Shown here piece after piece: positions 1 through 9,791 of a stretch of 64,000 bases of DNA. Source of the stretch: Roseovarius sp. (GTDB lineage: Bacteria > Pseudomonadota > Alphaproteobacteria > Rhodobacterales > Rhodobacteraceae); the NCBI GenBank assembly GCA_043555235.1, contig CP121311.1:1128857-1192856 (forward strand). Direction: 5' to 3'. The notes beneath the pieces were generated by a model. The model saw nothing but the letters and a program-made list of their open reading frames with translations, did not search any database and was not told the DNA's origin. Position numbers and translations under genes: made by a program. How positions within the stretch are numbered: the stretch's first letter is position 1; each line of letters begins with the position of its first letter.

Positions 1-814
1 CAACAAATACGTGGTCGACGATCTGCGCGCCAAGGGCGCTGTCTTTGTCGAAGAGCTTGACGAGTGTCCCGATGACCGCCCGGTGATCTTTTCCGCCCAT
101 GGCGTCCCCAAGGCTGTCCCGGCCGAGGCCGCACGCCGCGAGATGATCTATGTCGATGCCACCTGTCCTCTTGTCTCCAAGGTGCATATCGAGGCCGAGC
201 GCCACGCGAGTAATGGGCTTCAGATCATCATGATCGGCCACGCGGGCCACCCCGAAACGGTGGGCACCATGGGGCAACTGCCCGACGGCGACGTGCTGCT
301 TGTGGAAACCCCCGAGGATGTGGCCCGGATCAAGGTGCGCGACGCCGCCAGACTGGCCTTCGTGACGCAGACCACCCTTTCGGTCGATGACACCGCGGAT
401 ATCGTGACAGCCTTGAAAGCCCACTTTCCAGCCATCGTCGGCCCCCACAAGGAAGATATCTGCTACGCCACCACCAACCGGCAAGAAGCCGTCAAGGCCA
501 TGGCCCCCAAGGCCGACGCGATCCTTGTGGTGGGTGCGCCCAATTCATCAAATTCCAGACGGCTGGTCGAGGTCGGTGCGCGCGCCGGTTGCGCCTATGC
601 GCAGCTTGTCCAGCGGGCCGATGATATCGACTGGCGCGCGCTTGACGGGATCGGCAGCATCGGCATCACCGCCGGGGCCAGCGCGCCCGAGGTGCTGATC
701 AACGAGGTGATCGACGCCTTCAAGGACCGCTATGACGTGACGGTCGAGCAGGTCGAGACCGCCGTGGAGAATGTCGAATTCAAAGTGCCGCGCGTGCTGC
801 GCGAAACGGCGTGA
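1..814 (+). CDS. ispH: 4-hydroxy-3-methylbut-2-enyl diphosphate reductase, 5' part outside window
   Basis: [46 protein letters not shown] motifs; frame open from window start. Confidence 0.97.
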   Translation, partial: NKYVVDDLRAKGAVFVEELDECPDDRPVIFSAHGVPKAVPAEAARREMIYVDATCPLVSKVHIEAERHASNGLQIIMIGHAGHPETVGTMGQLPDGDVLLVETPEDVARIKVRDAARLAFVTQTTLSVDDTADIVTALKAHFPAIVGPHKEDICYATTNRQEAVKAMAPKADAILVVGAPNSSNSRRLVEVGARAGCAYAQLVQRADDIDWRALDGIGSIGITAGASAPEVLINEVIDAFKDRYDVTVEQVETAVENVEFKVPRVLRETA

Positions 815-878
815 CACCTTTTGCGACGGCTGACAGCCGGTCCGGAATCATGATGCGCCGCATAGAGGATTCTGCCGC

Positions 879-1331
879 ATGAGCATCCCCCGCGCCCCGC
901 TTCTGCTTGGGCTTGCCGGTACGCTCCCTTTTATCTGGAGCGCGCTGACCGTTCTGGTGCCTGATCTTGCGGAACTGACCATCAGCCTCGTCGGTCCGCG
1001 CTTCATCGGGCCTTATGTCGGCATATTCTACGGCGCGGTGATCCTCAGCTTCATGTCTGGCGTGCTGTGGGGCTTTGCCACAAGGATGACCGGCTCGAAC
1101 GCGACCACGGGCTATATCCTGTCGGTCAGTCCTGCGCTTTGGGTGTTTTTCACCACGGGCGGCGGATCGGACCGCGCATCTGTCTTTCTGATCATCGGCT
1201 TTGCCGGCATTCTGGCCATCGACTGGCTTTTCTGGCGTGAAGGGGTGGCACCCGGCTGGTGGATGAATCTGAGGTTGATCATCACCGCCATCGTGCTTTT
1301 GTGCCTGACCGTCACGATGTGGGCCGCATGA
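879..1331 (+). CDS. DUF3429-like membrane protein
   Basis: Several TM helices; YGAVILSFMSGVLWGF motif. Confidence 0.8.
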   Translation: MSIPRAPLLLGLAGTLPFIWSALTVLVPDLAELTISLVGPRFIGPYVGIFYGAVILSFMSGVLWGFATRMTGSNATTGYILSVSPALWVFFTTGGGSDRASVFLIIGFAGILAIDWLFWREGVAPGWWMNLRLIITAIVLLCLTVTMWAA

Positions 1332-1936
1332 CCGCACGCGATGACGCCACGCTTGCGGTCTATGCCGCCCGCGCGCAGGATTACGCGCGGCTGACCCGCA
1401 AGGCGGGCGACGATGCACTTTTGCGTGCCTTCATCGCAGACCTGCCCACGGGCGGTGCGGTGCTTGACCTCGGCTGTGGGCCGGGTCATGCCGCCGCCGC
1501 CATGGCGCGGGCGGGCTTGAATGTCAGCGCCATCGACGCTGTGCCCGAAATGGTGGCTCTCGCGGCGCAGCATCCCGGCGTGACGGCACACCAGGCAAGT
1601 TTTGACGATATCACGGGCCACGCGCTTTATGACGGGATCTGGGCCAACTTCTCGCTCCTGCACGCGCGGCCCGAGGATCTGCCCCGCCACCTCGGCGCGC
1701 TTGCCTGCGCGCTGAAGCCCGGCGGTCGGCTGCATGTGGCGATGAAATCCGGCACCGGCGCGCGCCGCGACGATCTGGGGCGGCATTACACTTACGTCAC
1801 CGAAACCGGGCTTGCCACGCTGTTGCGCAACGCTGGGCTTGTGCCGGTCACGACAACCACCGGCACCGACAAGGGGCTTGACGGCAAACAGGCCCCGTGG
1901 ATCGCAATCACATCGGAAAAACACGATCATGGCTGA
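1328..1936 (+). CDS. Class I SAM-dependent methyltransferase
   Basis: VLDLGCGPG and [11 protein letters not shown] motifs; ATG at 1328 overlaps the upstream TGA (ATGA). Confidence 0.88.
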   Translation: MTARDDATLAVYAARAQDYARLTRKAGDDALLRAFIADLPTGGAVLDLGCGPGHAAAAMARAGLNVSAIDAVPEMVALAAQHPGVTAHQASFDDITGHALYDGIWANFSLLHARPEDLPRHLGALACALKPGGRLHVAMKSGTGARRDDLGRHYTYVTETGLATLLRNAGLVPVTTTTGTDKGLDGKQAPWIAITSEKHDHG

Positions 1937-2396
1937 ACTTTTCGCTTTCACCGACGGGGCCTGTTCCGGCAATCCGGGTCCGGGGGGCTGGGGCGTGCTG
2001 CTTCAGGCCAAAGAGGCTGAAAACGTGGTCAAGGAGCGCGAGCTGAATGGCGGCGAGGCGGACACCACCAATAACCGGATGGAACTGCTGGCCGCCATAG
2101 CCGCCCTTGAAACCCTGTCCAAACCCTCGCGCCTCACGATCGTCACCGACAGCGCCTATGTGAAGAATGGCGTCACCGGATGGATCCACGGCTGGAAACG
2201 CAACGGCTGGAAGACCTCCGCGAAGAAACCTGTCAAGAATGTCGAACTCTGGCAACGCCTCGACGCGGCGCAGGCCCGCCATGACGTGACATGGGAATGG
2301 GTCAAGGGCCATGCGGGCCACCCGGAAAACGAGCGCGCAGACGAGCTGGCCCGCGCTGGCATGGCTCCGTTCAAACCGGGCAAGGGCGGCGCATAG
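1929..2396 (+). CDS. rnhA: Ribonuclease HI
   Basis: [41 protein letters not shown]. Confidence 0.98.
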   Translation: MAELFAFTDGACSGNPGPGGWGVLLQAKEAENVVKERELNGGEADTTNNRMELLAAIAALETLSKPSRLTIVTDSAYVKNGVTGWIHGWKRNGWKTSAKKPVKNVELWQRLDAAQARHDVTWEWVKGHAGHPENERADELARAGMAPFKPGKGGA

Positions 2397-2449
2397 GCCG
2401 ACCCGCATTGTTCGCCTGTGACGCGACGCTGTGGCGTCGACAGCGGGCC

Positions 2450-2565
2450 TAAAGCGTTGCGCGAAAAACCTGAATCAAAGATTTTCGAGAAACGCAGTAC
2501 TCTGTTCAGTCGTAGCACGCGTTCGGCCTTTCGCTGATGTCTCAGGTTAAAGGCGGAACGCTTTA
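2450..2565. mobile_element. MITE-like element, about 112 bp between TA dinucleotides, with imperfect 24-bp terminal inverted repeats
   Basis: Left TAAAGCGTTGCGCGAAAAACCTGA vs reverse complement of right end TAAAGCGTTCCGCCTTTAACCTGA; two internal hairpins; homologous copy at 26354-26465. Confidence 0.75.
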
Positions 2566-2802
2566 TCTGCGCCCCTGAACCAGTTGCCAAAGCCAGATCA
2601 GCACCAAAGCACCCAGAACCGCGCCGATGAACCCGCCCAGAAGCCCCATAGCGGTCAGCAGTACGCGCAGCACCAGCCCGCCCAGCAACGCCCCCGCGAT
2701 GCCGATACCCACGGTTGGCAACAGTGCCGCCTCGATCCGCATCAGCCGCGTCGCGATAAAGCCCGCCGCAGCACCAACGATGATAAGGTAAATGACAAAC
2801 AT
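2563..2802 (-). CDS. GlsB/YeaQ/YmgE (transglycosylase-associated) small membrane protein
   Basis: 79 aa, Gly-rich hydrophobic, GIAGALLGG and GAVLGALVLIWL patterns. Confidence 0.85.
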   Translation of the reverse strand: MFVIYLIIVGAAAGFIATRLMRIEAALLPTVGIGIAGALLGGLVLRVLLTAMGLLGGFIGAVLGALVLIWLWQLVQGRR

Positions 2803-2806
2803 CGTC

Positions 2807-3043
2807 TTACCTTCGCCAATGGGTCGGCACGATGATCAGCGCCCCGACCGAGGACAGGATCGCATCCAGACCAGGACTGCCGAATCGAAGGCCGAACATG
2901 ATGCGCAGGAAATAGAACAGGAACGCCCCGCCCACGCAGATGATGATCGACGGGATATAGCCATTCCGGGTGAAGCCGCTGCGCTCGCTGGCATAACCCA
3001 CGATACCGGCGATCACCACAGTGCCGAAAAGTTGCAGAAACAT
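2807..3043 (-). CDS. Small membrane protein, possibly GlsB/YeaQ-like
   Basis: 78 aa, three hydrophobic segments, tightly packed between fmt and the GlsB-like gene. Confidence 0.7.
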   Translation of the reverse strand: MFLQLFGTVVIAGIVGYASERSGFTRNGYIPSIIICVGGAFLFYFLRIMFGLRFGSPGLDAILSSVGALIIVPTHWRR

Positions 3044-3049
3044 GCGGAC

Positions 3050-3970
3050 TCACCCTTTCCCGTTCTCGAAACATGTACCCGGTGGCAGGGCCAGACCGCG
3101 CAAGAACTCCGACACATCCTGCGCGCCACGCCCAGCCCTTTGCAAGCGCAAAACCCTCACCGCGCCCGTACCACAGGCGATGCGCAGATCGTCGTCCAGT
3201 ACCTCGCCCGGAGCCTCCGCGCCCTCGGCTAGCGTCGAGGCCAGGAACTTGATCCGCTGCCCGTCCACCTCGCTCCAGGCACCAGGAAAGGGCGACAGGC
3301 CCCGGATCTGCGCATCGACCACGCGGGCCGGGCAGGTCCAGTCGATCCGCGCCTCCGCCTTGTCGATCTTGGACGCATAGGTCACGCCGTCTTGCGCCTG
3401 CGGTTCCGGCACCAGCGTGTCAAGCCGGTCCAGCGCAGCCACAATCGCCTCGGCCCCCATGCGCGACAGGCGGTCATGCAGCGCGCCCGTGATTTCCTCC
3501 GCGCCGATCTCCGTTTCTCGCCGCAAGAGCACCGGCCCGGTATCCAGCCCCGCCTCCATCTTCATGATGCAGATGCCCGTCACCGCATCGCCCGCCATGA
3601 TTGCCCGGTGAATGGGTGCAGCACCGCGCCAGCGTGGTAACAGGCTGGCATGAATGTTCAGGCATCCCCGTTTCGGCGCGTCAAGCACCGCCTGCGGCAG
3701 GATCAGACCATAGGCCACCACCACCGCCACATCCACACCAAGCGCCGCGAACGCCGCCTGCTCGGCCGCGCCGCGCAGCGTTTCGGGATGGCGCACCAAC
3801 AGGCCAAGCGCCTCGGCGCGTGCCTGCACCGGAGTTGGCCGGTCCTTTTTGCCCCGACCCGCCGGGCGCGGCGGCTGGCAGTAGACGGCGGCGATCTCGT
3901 GCCCGGCCTCGACCAGCGCATCCAGCACCGGCACCGAAAACTCCGGCGTTCCCATGAATGCAACGCGCAT
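3050..3970 (-). CDS. fmt: Methionyl-tRNA formyltransferase
   Basis: [40 protein letters not shown]. Confidence 0.98.
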   Translation of the reverse strand: MRVAFMGTPEFSVPVLDALVEAGHEIAAVYCQPPRPAGRGKKDRPTPVQARAEALGLLVRHPETLRGAAEQAAFAALGVDVAVVVAYGLILPQAVLDAPKRGCLNIHASLLPRWRGAAPIHRAIMAGDAVTGICIMKMEAGLDTGPVLLRRETEIGAEEITGALHDRLSRMGAEAIVAALDRLDTLVPEPQAQDGVTYASKIDKAEARIDWTCPARVVDAQIRGLSPFPGAWSEVDGQRIKFLASTLAEGAEAPGEVLDDDLRIACGTGAVRVLRLQRAGRGAQDVSEFLRGLALPPGTCFENGKG

Positions 3971-3979
3971 CGTACCTCC

Positions 3980-4001
3980 GTAGGGTGGGCTTCAGCCCAC
4001 C
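3980..4001 (+). repeat. GTAG-family REP
   Basis: GTAG GGTGGGC TTCA GCCCACC; same stem as the REPs flanking the RAYT; overlaps the def paralog stop codon. Confidence 0.85.
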
Positions 4002-4486
4002 TTCCTTGCCCGGCGCAACAGCATGTCGCGCTTTACCTTGCTCAGACGGTCAAAATACATGCGCCCTGCCAGATGGTCGATCTGGTGCTGCACGCTTGTG
4101 GCCCAAAGCCCGACGAAATCGCGCTCTTCGATCTCGTCCGCCGCGTTCACGAACCGCACCGTCACCGCCCTTGGCCGGCTGATCCTGGCATGAACGCCAG
4201 GCAGGTTCGGGCTTGCCTCGTCATGCTCACGCATCTGGACCGAGGCGTGCAGGATCTCGGGGTTGGCCATGCGCACCGCCTGCCCGCGCGTGTCCGATGC
4301 ATCCACCACCGCCAGCCGCAACATCACGCCGATCTGCGGCGCGGCCAGCCCCACACCCGGCATCGCCTCCATCGTGTCGATCATGTCAGCCCAGGTGGCG
4401 CGGATCTCGTCGGTGATCCCGGCCACGTCTTCCGCCTGGGTCCGCAACCGCCCGTCCGGCCAGCGCAGGCAGGGCCGCACCGCCAT
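3992..4486 (-). CDS. def: Peptide deformylase-like protein with degenerate active site
   Basis: GVGLAAPQIG present, but EGCLS reads EASPN and HExxH reads HQIDH. Confidence 0.9.
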   Translation of the reverse strand: MAVRPCLRWPDGRLRTQAEDVAGITDEIRATWADMIDTMEAMPGVGLAAPQIGVMLRLAVVDASDTRGQAVRMANPEILHASVQMREHDEASPNLPGVHARISRPRAVTVRFVNAADEIEERDFVGLWATSVQHQIDHLAGRMYFDRLSKVKRDMLLRRARKVG

Positions 4487-5004
4487 CAGCCGCGCGCCAT
4501 TTCGCGTTTGAGCTTTTGCATCCGGCGCGTGATCAGTTGGCGCTTCATGGGCCCCAGATATTCGATAAAAAGCTTGCCGTTAAGGTGGTCAATCTCGTGC
4601 TGCACGCAGGTCGCCCAGAGCCCGTCGAAGGTCTGGGCGTGTTCCTCGCCGTCAAGGCCAAGCCAGCGCACATCCACCGCGCTCGGCCGGGTGACATCCG
4701 CGAATTGATCGGGGATCGACAGGCAACCTTCCTCGTAGACGTTCTTTTCGTCAGACGCGGCCACGATCTCGGGATTGAACAGCACCATCGGGCGGGCCGG
4801 TTCGCCGTCATCCTTGGCGCAATCCATTACGATCAGCCGGTTCATGTCACCCACCTGCGGGGCCGCAAGCCCGATGCCGGGCGCGTCATACATGGTTTCC
4901 AGCATATCCTCGGCCAATGCGCGCAACTCGTCGCTCAGATCCGCGACAGGGTCGCAGGCCTTTTTGAGACGTGGGTCGGGGTGGATCAGAATGGGCCGCT
5001 TCAT
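4486..5004 (-). CDS. def: Peptide deformylase
   Basis: GIGLAAPQVG, EEGCLSIP, QHEIDHLNG all intact. Confidence 0.97.
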   Translation of the reverse strand: MKRPILIHPDPRLKKACDPVADLSDELRALAEDMLETMYDAPGIGLAAPQVGDMNRLIVMDCAKDDGEPARPMVLFNPEIVAASDEKNVYEEGCLSIPDQFADVTRPSAVDVRWLGLDGEEHAQTFDGLWATCVQHEIDHLNGKLFIEYLGPMKRQLITRRMQKLKREMARG

Positions 5005-5102
5005 GAGCGTTCATTTAGGCGATCGCCCGGCGCGGCGCAACGCCCTTGCGCCCGTCTCTCTTTCGGTTAGCTTTCGTGCCGACACACAACCGGAGACCCA
5101 CC

Positions 5103-6290
5103 ATGACGATCCATCCCGATTTCGATACCCCGATCGAGCGCCGTGGCACCCGCAGTGTCAAATGGGACGCCATGCAGGCGGCGCAGGGCGTCGATGCCGG
5201 GGACGGGATCGCGATGTGGGTGGCGGATATGGATTTCGCCGCCGCCGATGTGCTGCAAGAGGCCACAAAGGCGCTGATCGAAAAGGCCAATTATGGCTAT
5301 TTCACCGGCGAGACCGAGATGAAAGACGCCGTCGCCTGGTGGATGGAAACGCGGCATGGCTGGCGGGCCGATCCGGCGCATATGGTCTCGACCGCCGGTC
5401 TGGGCAACGCCATCGCCATCTGCCTGCAAACCTATACCGATCCGGGCGATGAGGTGATCATCTTTACCCCCGTCTATCACGAGTTCACCAACAAGATCGT
5501 CAATGCCGACCGCAAGGTAAAGGAAAGCCCGCTTGTCATTGGCGAGGACGGGACATACCGCATGGATCTAGATGCGCTCGAAGCGGCGATGACCGGGCGG
5601 GAAAGACTGCTCCTTTTTTGTTCGCCGCACAATCCCGCGGGCCGCATCTGGACCATCGCAGAGCAACAGGCCGTCGCGCGCTTTTGCGCGCGCCATGACC
5701 TGATCCTTGTCTCGGACGAGATTCACCACGATCTGGTCTATCCCGGCAAGATCCATGTCCCGATGCCCGTCGCCGCCCCCGACAGCGTCGAGCGGCTGGT
5801 CATGCTCACCTCGTCCTCCAAGACGTTCAACACCGCCGGTTCCCGCCTTGGCACCGTCACGATCCCGGGCGCAGATCTGCGTAAACGCTTTGGTAAGCAG
5901 CTTAACGCACTGAACTTGCAGTCAAACCTTTTGGGTTGTGAACTGACCCGCGCCGCCTACAGCCCACGCGGCGCGATCTGGGTGGATCAACTCGTGGCGT
6001 ATCTCGACGGTAATCGCGCGGCGTTTCTTAAGGCCATGAACCAGATACCGGGCCTTCAGCCGATGCCGATGCAAGCCACCTATCTGGCATGGATCGACTT
6101 CAGCAACACGGGCATGGACATGTCAGAGGTGCTGCACCGCGTCAAATCCGACGCCCGCATCGCACCCTCTGTCGGGGCGGAATTCGGCACCGGGGGGGAA
6201 ACCTGCCTGCGCTTCAATTTCGCCATGCCGCGCGCCAGGCTGGATACAGCCATCGAACGGCTGCAAGCCGCGTTCCGCGACCTGCAATAG
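5103..6290 (+). CDS. MalY/PatB-family PLP enzyme (cystathionine beta-lyase-like)
   Basis: MWVADMDF, CSPHNPAGRIW, SDEIHHDL, SSSKTFN (PLP Lys). Confidence 0.92.
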   Translation: MTIHPDFDTPIERRGTRSVKWDAMQAAQGVDAGDGIAMWVADMDFAAADVLQEATKALIEKANYGYFTGETEMKDAVAWWMETRHGWRADPAHMVSTAGLGNAIAICLQTYTDPGDEVIIFTPVYHEFTNKIVNADRKVKESPLVIGEDGTYRMDLDALEAAMTGRERLLLFCSPHNPAGRIWTIAEQQAVARFCARHDLILVSDEIHHDLVYPGKIHVPMPVAAPDSVERLVMLTSSSKTFNTAGSRLGTVTIPGADLRKRFGKQLNALNLQSNLLGCELTRAAYSPRGAIWVDQLVAYLDGNRAAFLKAMNQIPGLQPMPMQATYLAWIDFSNTGMDMSEVLHRVKSDARIAPSVGAEFGTGGETCLRFNFAMPRARLDTAIERLQAAFRDLQ

Positions 6291-6339
6291 AGGCGGGCGC
6301 GTGCTCGGTTCGGCCTGTATGCTCGCCCTGTCCGTTTCG

Positions 6340-7110
6340 TCAATCCGCGTGCCCCTTGGGGCGCAGCACATGAGGTTTCGCGGCATCGTATAGCGCGCTT
6401 TCGGTAATATCCCCGATCTCACCCAGAACCGGCCCCACCATGATCAGCGCCGTGCGCGTGATCTTGGCCTCACGCACCTTTTCACGAATATCCGCGAGCG
6501 TGCCGCGCAGGAAAATCTGGTCAGGCCAGCCCACGCGATAGGCGACCACCACGGGGCAGTCAGCCCCGTAATGCGGCACCAGCACGCGCTCGATCTCGCG
6601 CAACGCCCGAATGCCCAGATGAATGGCCAGCGTGGTGCCGGTGCGTGCGAAATTCTCCAGCGTCTCGCCCACGGGCATCGAAGTGGACTTCATCGACATC
6701 CGTGTCAGCACGATGGATTGCGCCACCTCCGGCACGGTCAGTTCCTGACCCAGGGCCGCGGCGGCGGCGGCATAGGCGGGCACGCCCGGCACGATCTTGT
6801 AGGGGATACCCTCCGCGCGCAGCCGCCGGATCTGCTCGGCGATGGCCCCGTAAAGCGATGGATCGCCCGAATGCACCCGCGCCACGTCCGCATCGCGCGC
6901 GTGGGCCGCAACGATCTCGGCATGGGTCTCGTCCAGCGTCATCGACGCGGTATCGCGCACCAATGCGCCCTCGGGGGCCATTGCGACCACCTCCGCCGGT
7001 ACAAGGCTGCCAGCATAAAGACAAACCGGGCAGGCCCCAATCAGCCGCGCGGCCTTCAGCGTCAGTAGCTCCGGATCGCCCGGCCCCGCCCCGATGAAAT
7101 AAACCGTCAT
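6340..7110 (-). CDS. cobM: Precorrin-4 C11-methyltransferase
   Basis: MTVYFIGAGPGDPELLT, RVHSGDPSLYGA, VAQSIVLTR. Confidence 0.95.
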   Translation of the reverse strand: MTVYFIGAGPGDPELLTLKAARLIGACPVCLYAGSLVPAEVVAMAPEGALVRDTASMTLDETHAEIVAAHARDADVARVHSGDPSLYGAIAEQIRRLRAEGIPYKIVPGVPAYAAAAAALGQELTVPEVAQSIVLTRMSMKSTSMPVGETLENFARTGTTLAIHLGIRALREIERVLVPHYGADCPVVVAYRVGWPDQIFLRGTLADIREKVREAKITRTALIMVGPVLGEIGDITESALYDAAKPHVLRPKGHAD

Positions 7111-7226
7111 GCCGTAGCCCTCCATGGCCCTGTATTCCCGAAAGCGCCCGACCGATCCGCGCCAGCACCCTGCGGGACGGCGGGCGGGGCGATTTTGCGC
7201 CTCGCGCAAAAAGCGCCGCCCGTCAT
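7107..7226 (-). other. 39-aa mini-ORF spanning the cobJ-cobM spacer; contains hairpin TTTTGCGC-CTC-GCGCAAAA (7193-7211)
   Basis: ATG overlaps cobJ TGA and its TGA overlaps cobM ATG; ATGACGG at both ends; translation unproven. Confidence 0.45.
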
Positions 7227-9019
7227 CCCAGCCCCCCGGCCAGATCACCGTCGATCTTGCGCGCATAGCCGCGTGGCGTGAACATGCGTGGCCCCTCGCC
7301 CAGTTGGGCAAGCCGGGTATTACTCGACCCCACCAGCACGACGGTCAGCATGTCCACCTCGTCCACCTCCAGCGCATCAAGTCGCCGATAGCGGACCTGT
7401 TCCTCGGGGCGGCCCAGGTTGCTGGCCAGCATCACCGGCGTCTCCGCCGGACGGTGCCGCAACAGGATCTCGCGCGCCTCCGCCAGAAGGGTCCGGCGCG
7501 TCTTGCTCACCGGGTTGTAAAAGGCGATCACAAAATCCCCCTCGGCCGCCGCCTGCAACCGGCGCAGGATATCGGCGCGCGGCGTCAGCAGGTCGCTCAG
7601 CGATATGGTGCAAAAATCATGCCCCAAAGGCGCGCCCGCCCGCGCCGCCGCGCCCTGCAAGGCACTCACGCCAGGGCTGCACACCACCTCGGCGCGGCGC
7701 GCGGCGTCGCTCACGCCCTGCGCCTCGGGGGCACGGTCCAGCAGCTCGAACACAAGCGCCCCCATCGCGTAAATCCCCGCATCGCCCGAACATATGAGCG
7801 CCACGTTGCGCCCCTCTGCCGCCCGCTCCAGCGCATAGCGGCACCGCGCCTCCTCGCCGCCAAGCGGGAAATCGCTGCGCGTCTTACCCGCCGCCAGCGG
7901 CCCCAGAAGATCTATATACAGCCCGTATCCCACAAGTTCCTCGGCCTCGGCGACCAACCGGCTCACCTCGGGTGTGCGCCAACTGGACTGGCCAGGGCCA
8001 ATGCCCACCACGCTCAGCCGCCCGCGCGCCCGTCCCGGCATCTCCACCAGTGGTGCCGCACAGCGGCCCAGCGCGCAGGTTGCATTCGCCGTCTTGCGCT
8101 TCTCCACCACCAGCGCCGCGCCAGAGGCCAGAACCGCGCCCTCTGCCACGCCATGGCAGCCAACCTCGGCGAAAACCACCTCGGACGGGTTGGCCAGCCC
8201 GCCCGACTGCGCCTCAAGTTCGGCGGCCGTGAACAGCCGCAAAGGCACGCCAAGCCGCGCCGCCACCGCGCTCATCGCCGCCTCATCCGCCTTGAGGTCG
8301 ATGCTGGCGACACAAGCCACCGCACCCGGTGCGATTCCGGCCTCCTCCAGGGTCGCCAGAACCAATGCCCAAAGCTCCTCCGGATCGGCATCGCGCGCGC
8401 AACCCACACCAAGGACATGCCGCTGCGGATGATAGACAAGCCGCAACGGCCCTGTTTCCGTCGGGGCCTCGCTCACGACAAGCTCCACCGCGCCGCCAGT
8501 CGCCTCGACCCCGAAAACATTCTCACCGGTCACCGTCAGGCCCTGCCCCGCCAAAAGCGCCGCCATCGCCGCCTTGGCATCGTCCGGGTTGGCCAGCCTG
8601 AAGCCCTCGGGCGGCGTATCCAGCGCCACCCCCATCGCCACATCACCCGCCGTCGTCACCGCCGCAACCGCATCCAGCGCCCCGGCGATCCGCGCCGCCA
8701 GCCGATTGGCACCACGATGCCCGCCCAGAAGCGGCACCACCACCGAGCCGTCATCGCTGACAGACACCACCGGCGGCTCGGCGCGCTTGTCACTGAGAAG
8801 CGGGGCCACGGCGCGGATCAGAATGCCGCTGGCGCAGACCCCCACCACCGGGATGCCCGCCGCGAACAGATCGCGCGCATGATCCAGCGCATTGGCGAAA
8901 AACGCATCGGCCCGTGCGACACGCCCCTCGCGCCCATGCACGGGGGCGCCAAGACAGGCAGCCACACGATGCGCAACGGCCTCTCCCGACCGGCTTAGCG
9001 CCAGAACAACGGGTGTCAT
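7223..9019 (-). CDS. cobJ: CbiG/CobE-CobJ fusion (precorrin-3B C17-methyltransferase with N-terminal CbiG domains)
   Basis: N-terminal GGHRGAN, VITT-like AVTTAGD and LGVGC CbiG motifs; C-terminal VVGIGPG, SGDAGIYAM, HDFCTISLSD, FYNP; alternative start at 9025. Confidence 0.93.
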   Translation of the reverse strand: MTPVVLALSRSGEAVAHRVAACLGAPVHGREGRVARADAFFANALDHARDLFAAGIPVVGVCASGILIRAVAPLLSDKRAEPPVVSVSDDGSVVVPLLGGHRGANRLAARIAGALDAVAAVTTAGDVAMGVALDTPPEGFRLANPDDAKAAMAALLAGQGLTVTGENVFGVEATGGAVELVVSEAPTETGPLRLVYHPQRHVLGVGCARDADPEELWALVLATLEEAGIAPGAVACVASIDLKADEAAMSAVAARLGVPLRLFTAAELEAQSGGLANPSEVVFAEVGCHGVAEGAVLASGAALVVEKRKTANATCALGRCAAPLVEMPGRARGRLSVVGIGPGQSSWRTPEVSRLVAEAEELVGYGLYIDLLGPLAAGKTRSDFPLGGEEARCRYALERAAEGRNVALICSGDAGIYAMGALVFELLDRAPEAQGVSDAARRAEVVCSPGVSALQGAAARAGAPLGHDFCTISLSDLLTPRADILRRLQAAAEGDFVIAFYNPVSKTRRTLLAEAREILLRHRPAETPVMLASNLGRPEEQVRYRRLDALEVDEVDMLTVVLVGSSNTRLAQLGEGPRMFTPRGYARKIDGDLAGGLG

Positions 9020-9717
9020 AGCCATGGATCGGCCCCTTTCGTCAAAAGTATCATGGAGAAATAAGGCGCACGTTCAGGTGCCTCCGCCAGTGGCAGAACG
9101 ACCTCTTCAGGCAGGCTGGCGCGCTCGACATAGACCGCCCCGCCGGTCAGGCCCAGATCTTCGATCACGCCCCGTATCTTGGCCAGATGCCGCCCCACTT
9201 TCATGATCGCCACCGCTTCGGCACCCTCGATTCGCCGCCGCAATTCATCTTCGGGCAAAGGGCCGGGCAGCACGGTCAGCCGCTCGTTGCGCGCCACAAG
9301 CGGGCGCCCCGCGCGCGCGGCACAGGCCGCGATGGAGGTGACACCCGGCACCACCTCGATCTCAAACCGCGCTGACAGCCGCGCAAAAAGATACATGAAA
9401 GAGCCGTAAAAGAACGGATCGCCCTCACAGAGACAGATCACATCCTCACCTTGCTCCAGCACCCCGGCGATTTCTTCGGCCCCTTTGTCATAGGCCGCCT
9501 GCGCGGGCGCGCGCGCCGTCGTCATCGGCACATCCATCACGATCTCGCGCGCACCGGGCGCAATCGCGTCCGCCGCGATGGATCGTGCAAAACTTTGCGC
9601 CCCGGCCAGCGTCGGATAAGCAACCACCCCGGCCCCGGCAATCAACCGATGCGCCCGCAAGGTCATCAACTCCGGGTCGCCCGGCCCCAGCCCCACACCG
9701 TACAGCTTGCCCCTCAT
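9016..9717 (-). CDS. cobI: Precorrin-2 C20-methyltransferase
   Basis: MRGKLYGVGLGPGDPELMT, CEGDPFFYGSF, VVPGVTS. Confidence 0.95.
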   Translation of the reverse strand: MRGKLYGVGLGPGDPELMTLRAHRLIAGAGVVAYPTLAGAQSFARSIAADAIAPGAREIVMDVPMTTARAPAQAAYDKGAEEIAGVLEQGEDVICLCEGDPFFYGSFMYLFARLSARFEIEVVPGVTSIAACAARAGRPLVARNERLTVLPGPLPEDELRRRIEGAEAVAIMKVGRHLAKIRGVIEDLGLTGGAVYVERASLPEEVVLPLAEAPERAPYFSMILLTKGADPWL

Positions 9718-9791
9718 GCCCGTCCCCCGGCTTCTTCTTGGCAAAAATACTTGAATCGGACAGCCCAAATGTGGCCCACACGCCCGCTCAT
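9714..9791 (-). other. 25-aa mini-ORF spanning the cobL-cobI spacer (MSGRVGHIWAVRFKYFCQEEAGGRA)
   Basis: ATGA overlaps at both ends; contains repeat core CTTCTTCTTGGCA (9731-9743); translation unproven. Confidence 0.45.

Noticed and set aside
2156-2590. ORFs 2156-2590 and 26348-26578 share the peptide RLNxVLRFSKIxDSGF
   Set aside because: The similarity is simply translation of the two MITE copies, not a protein family
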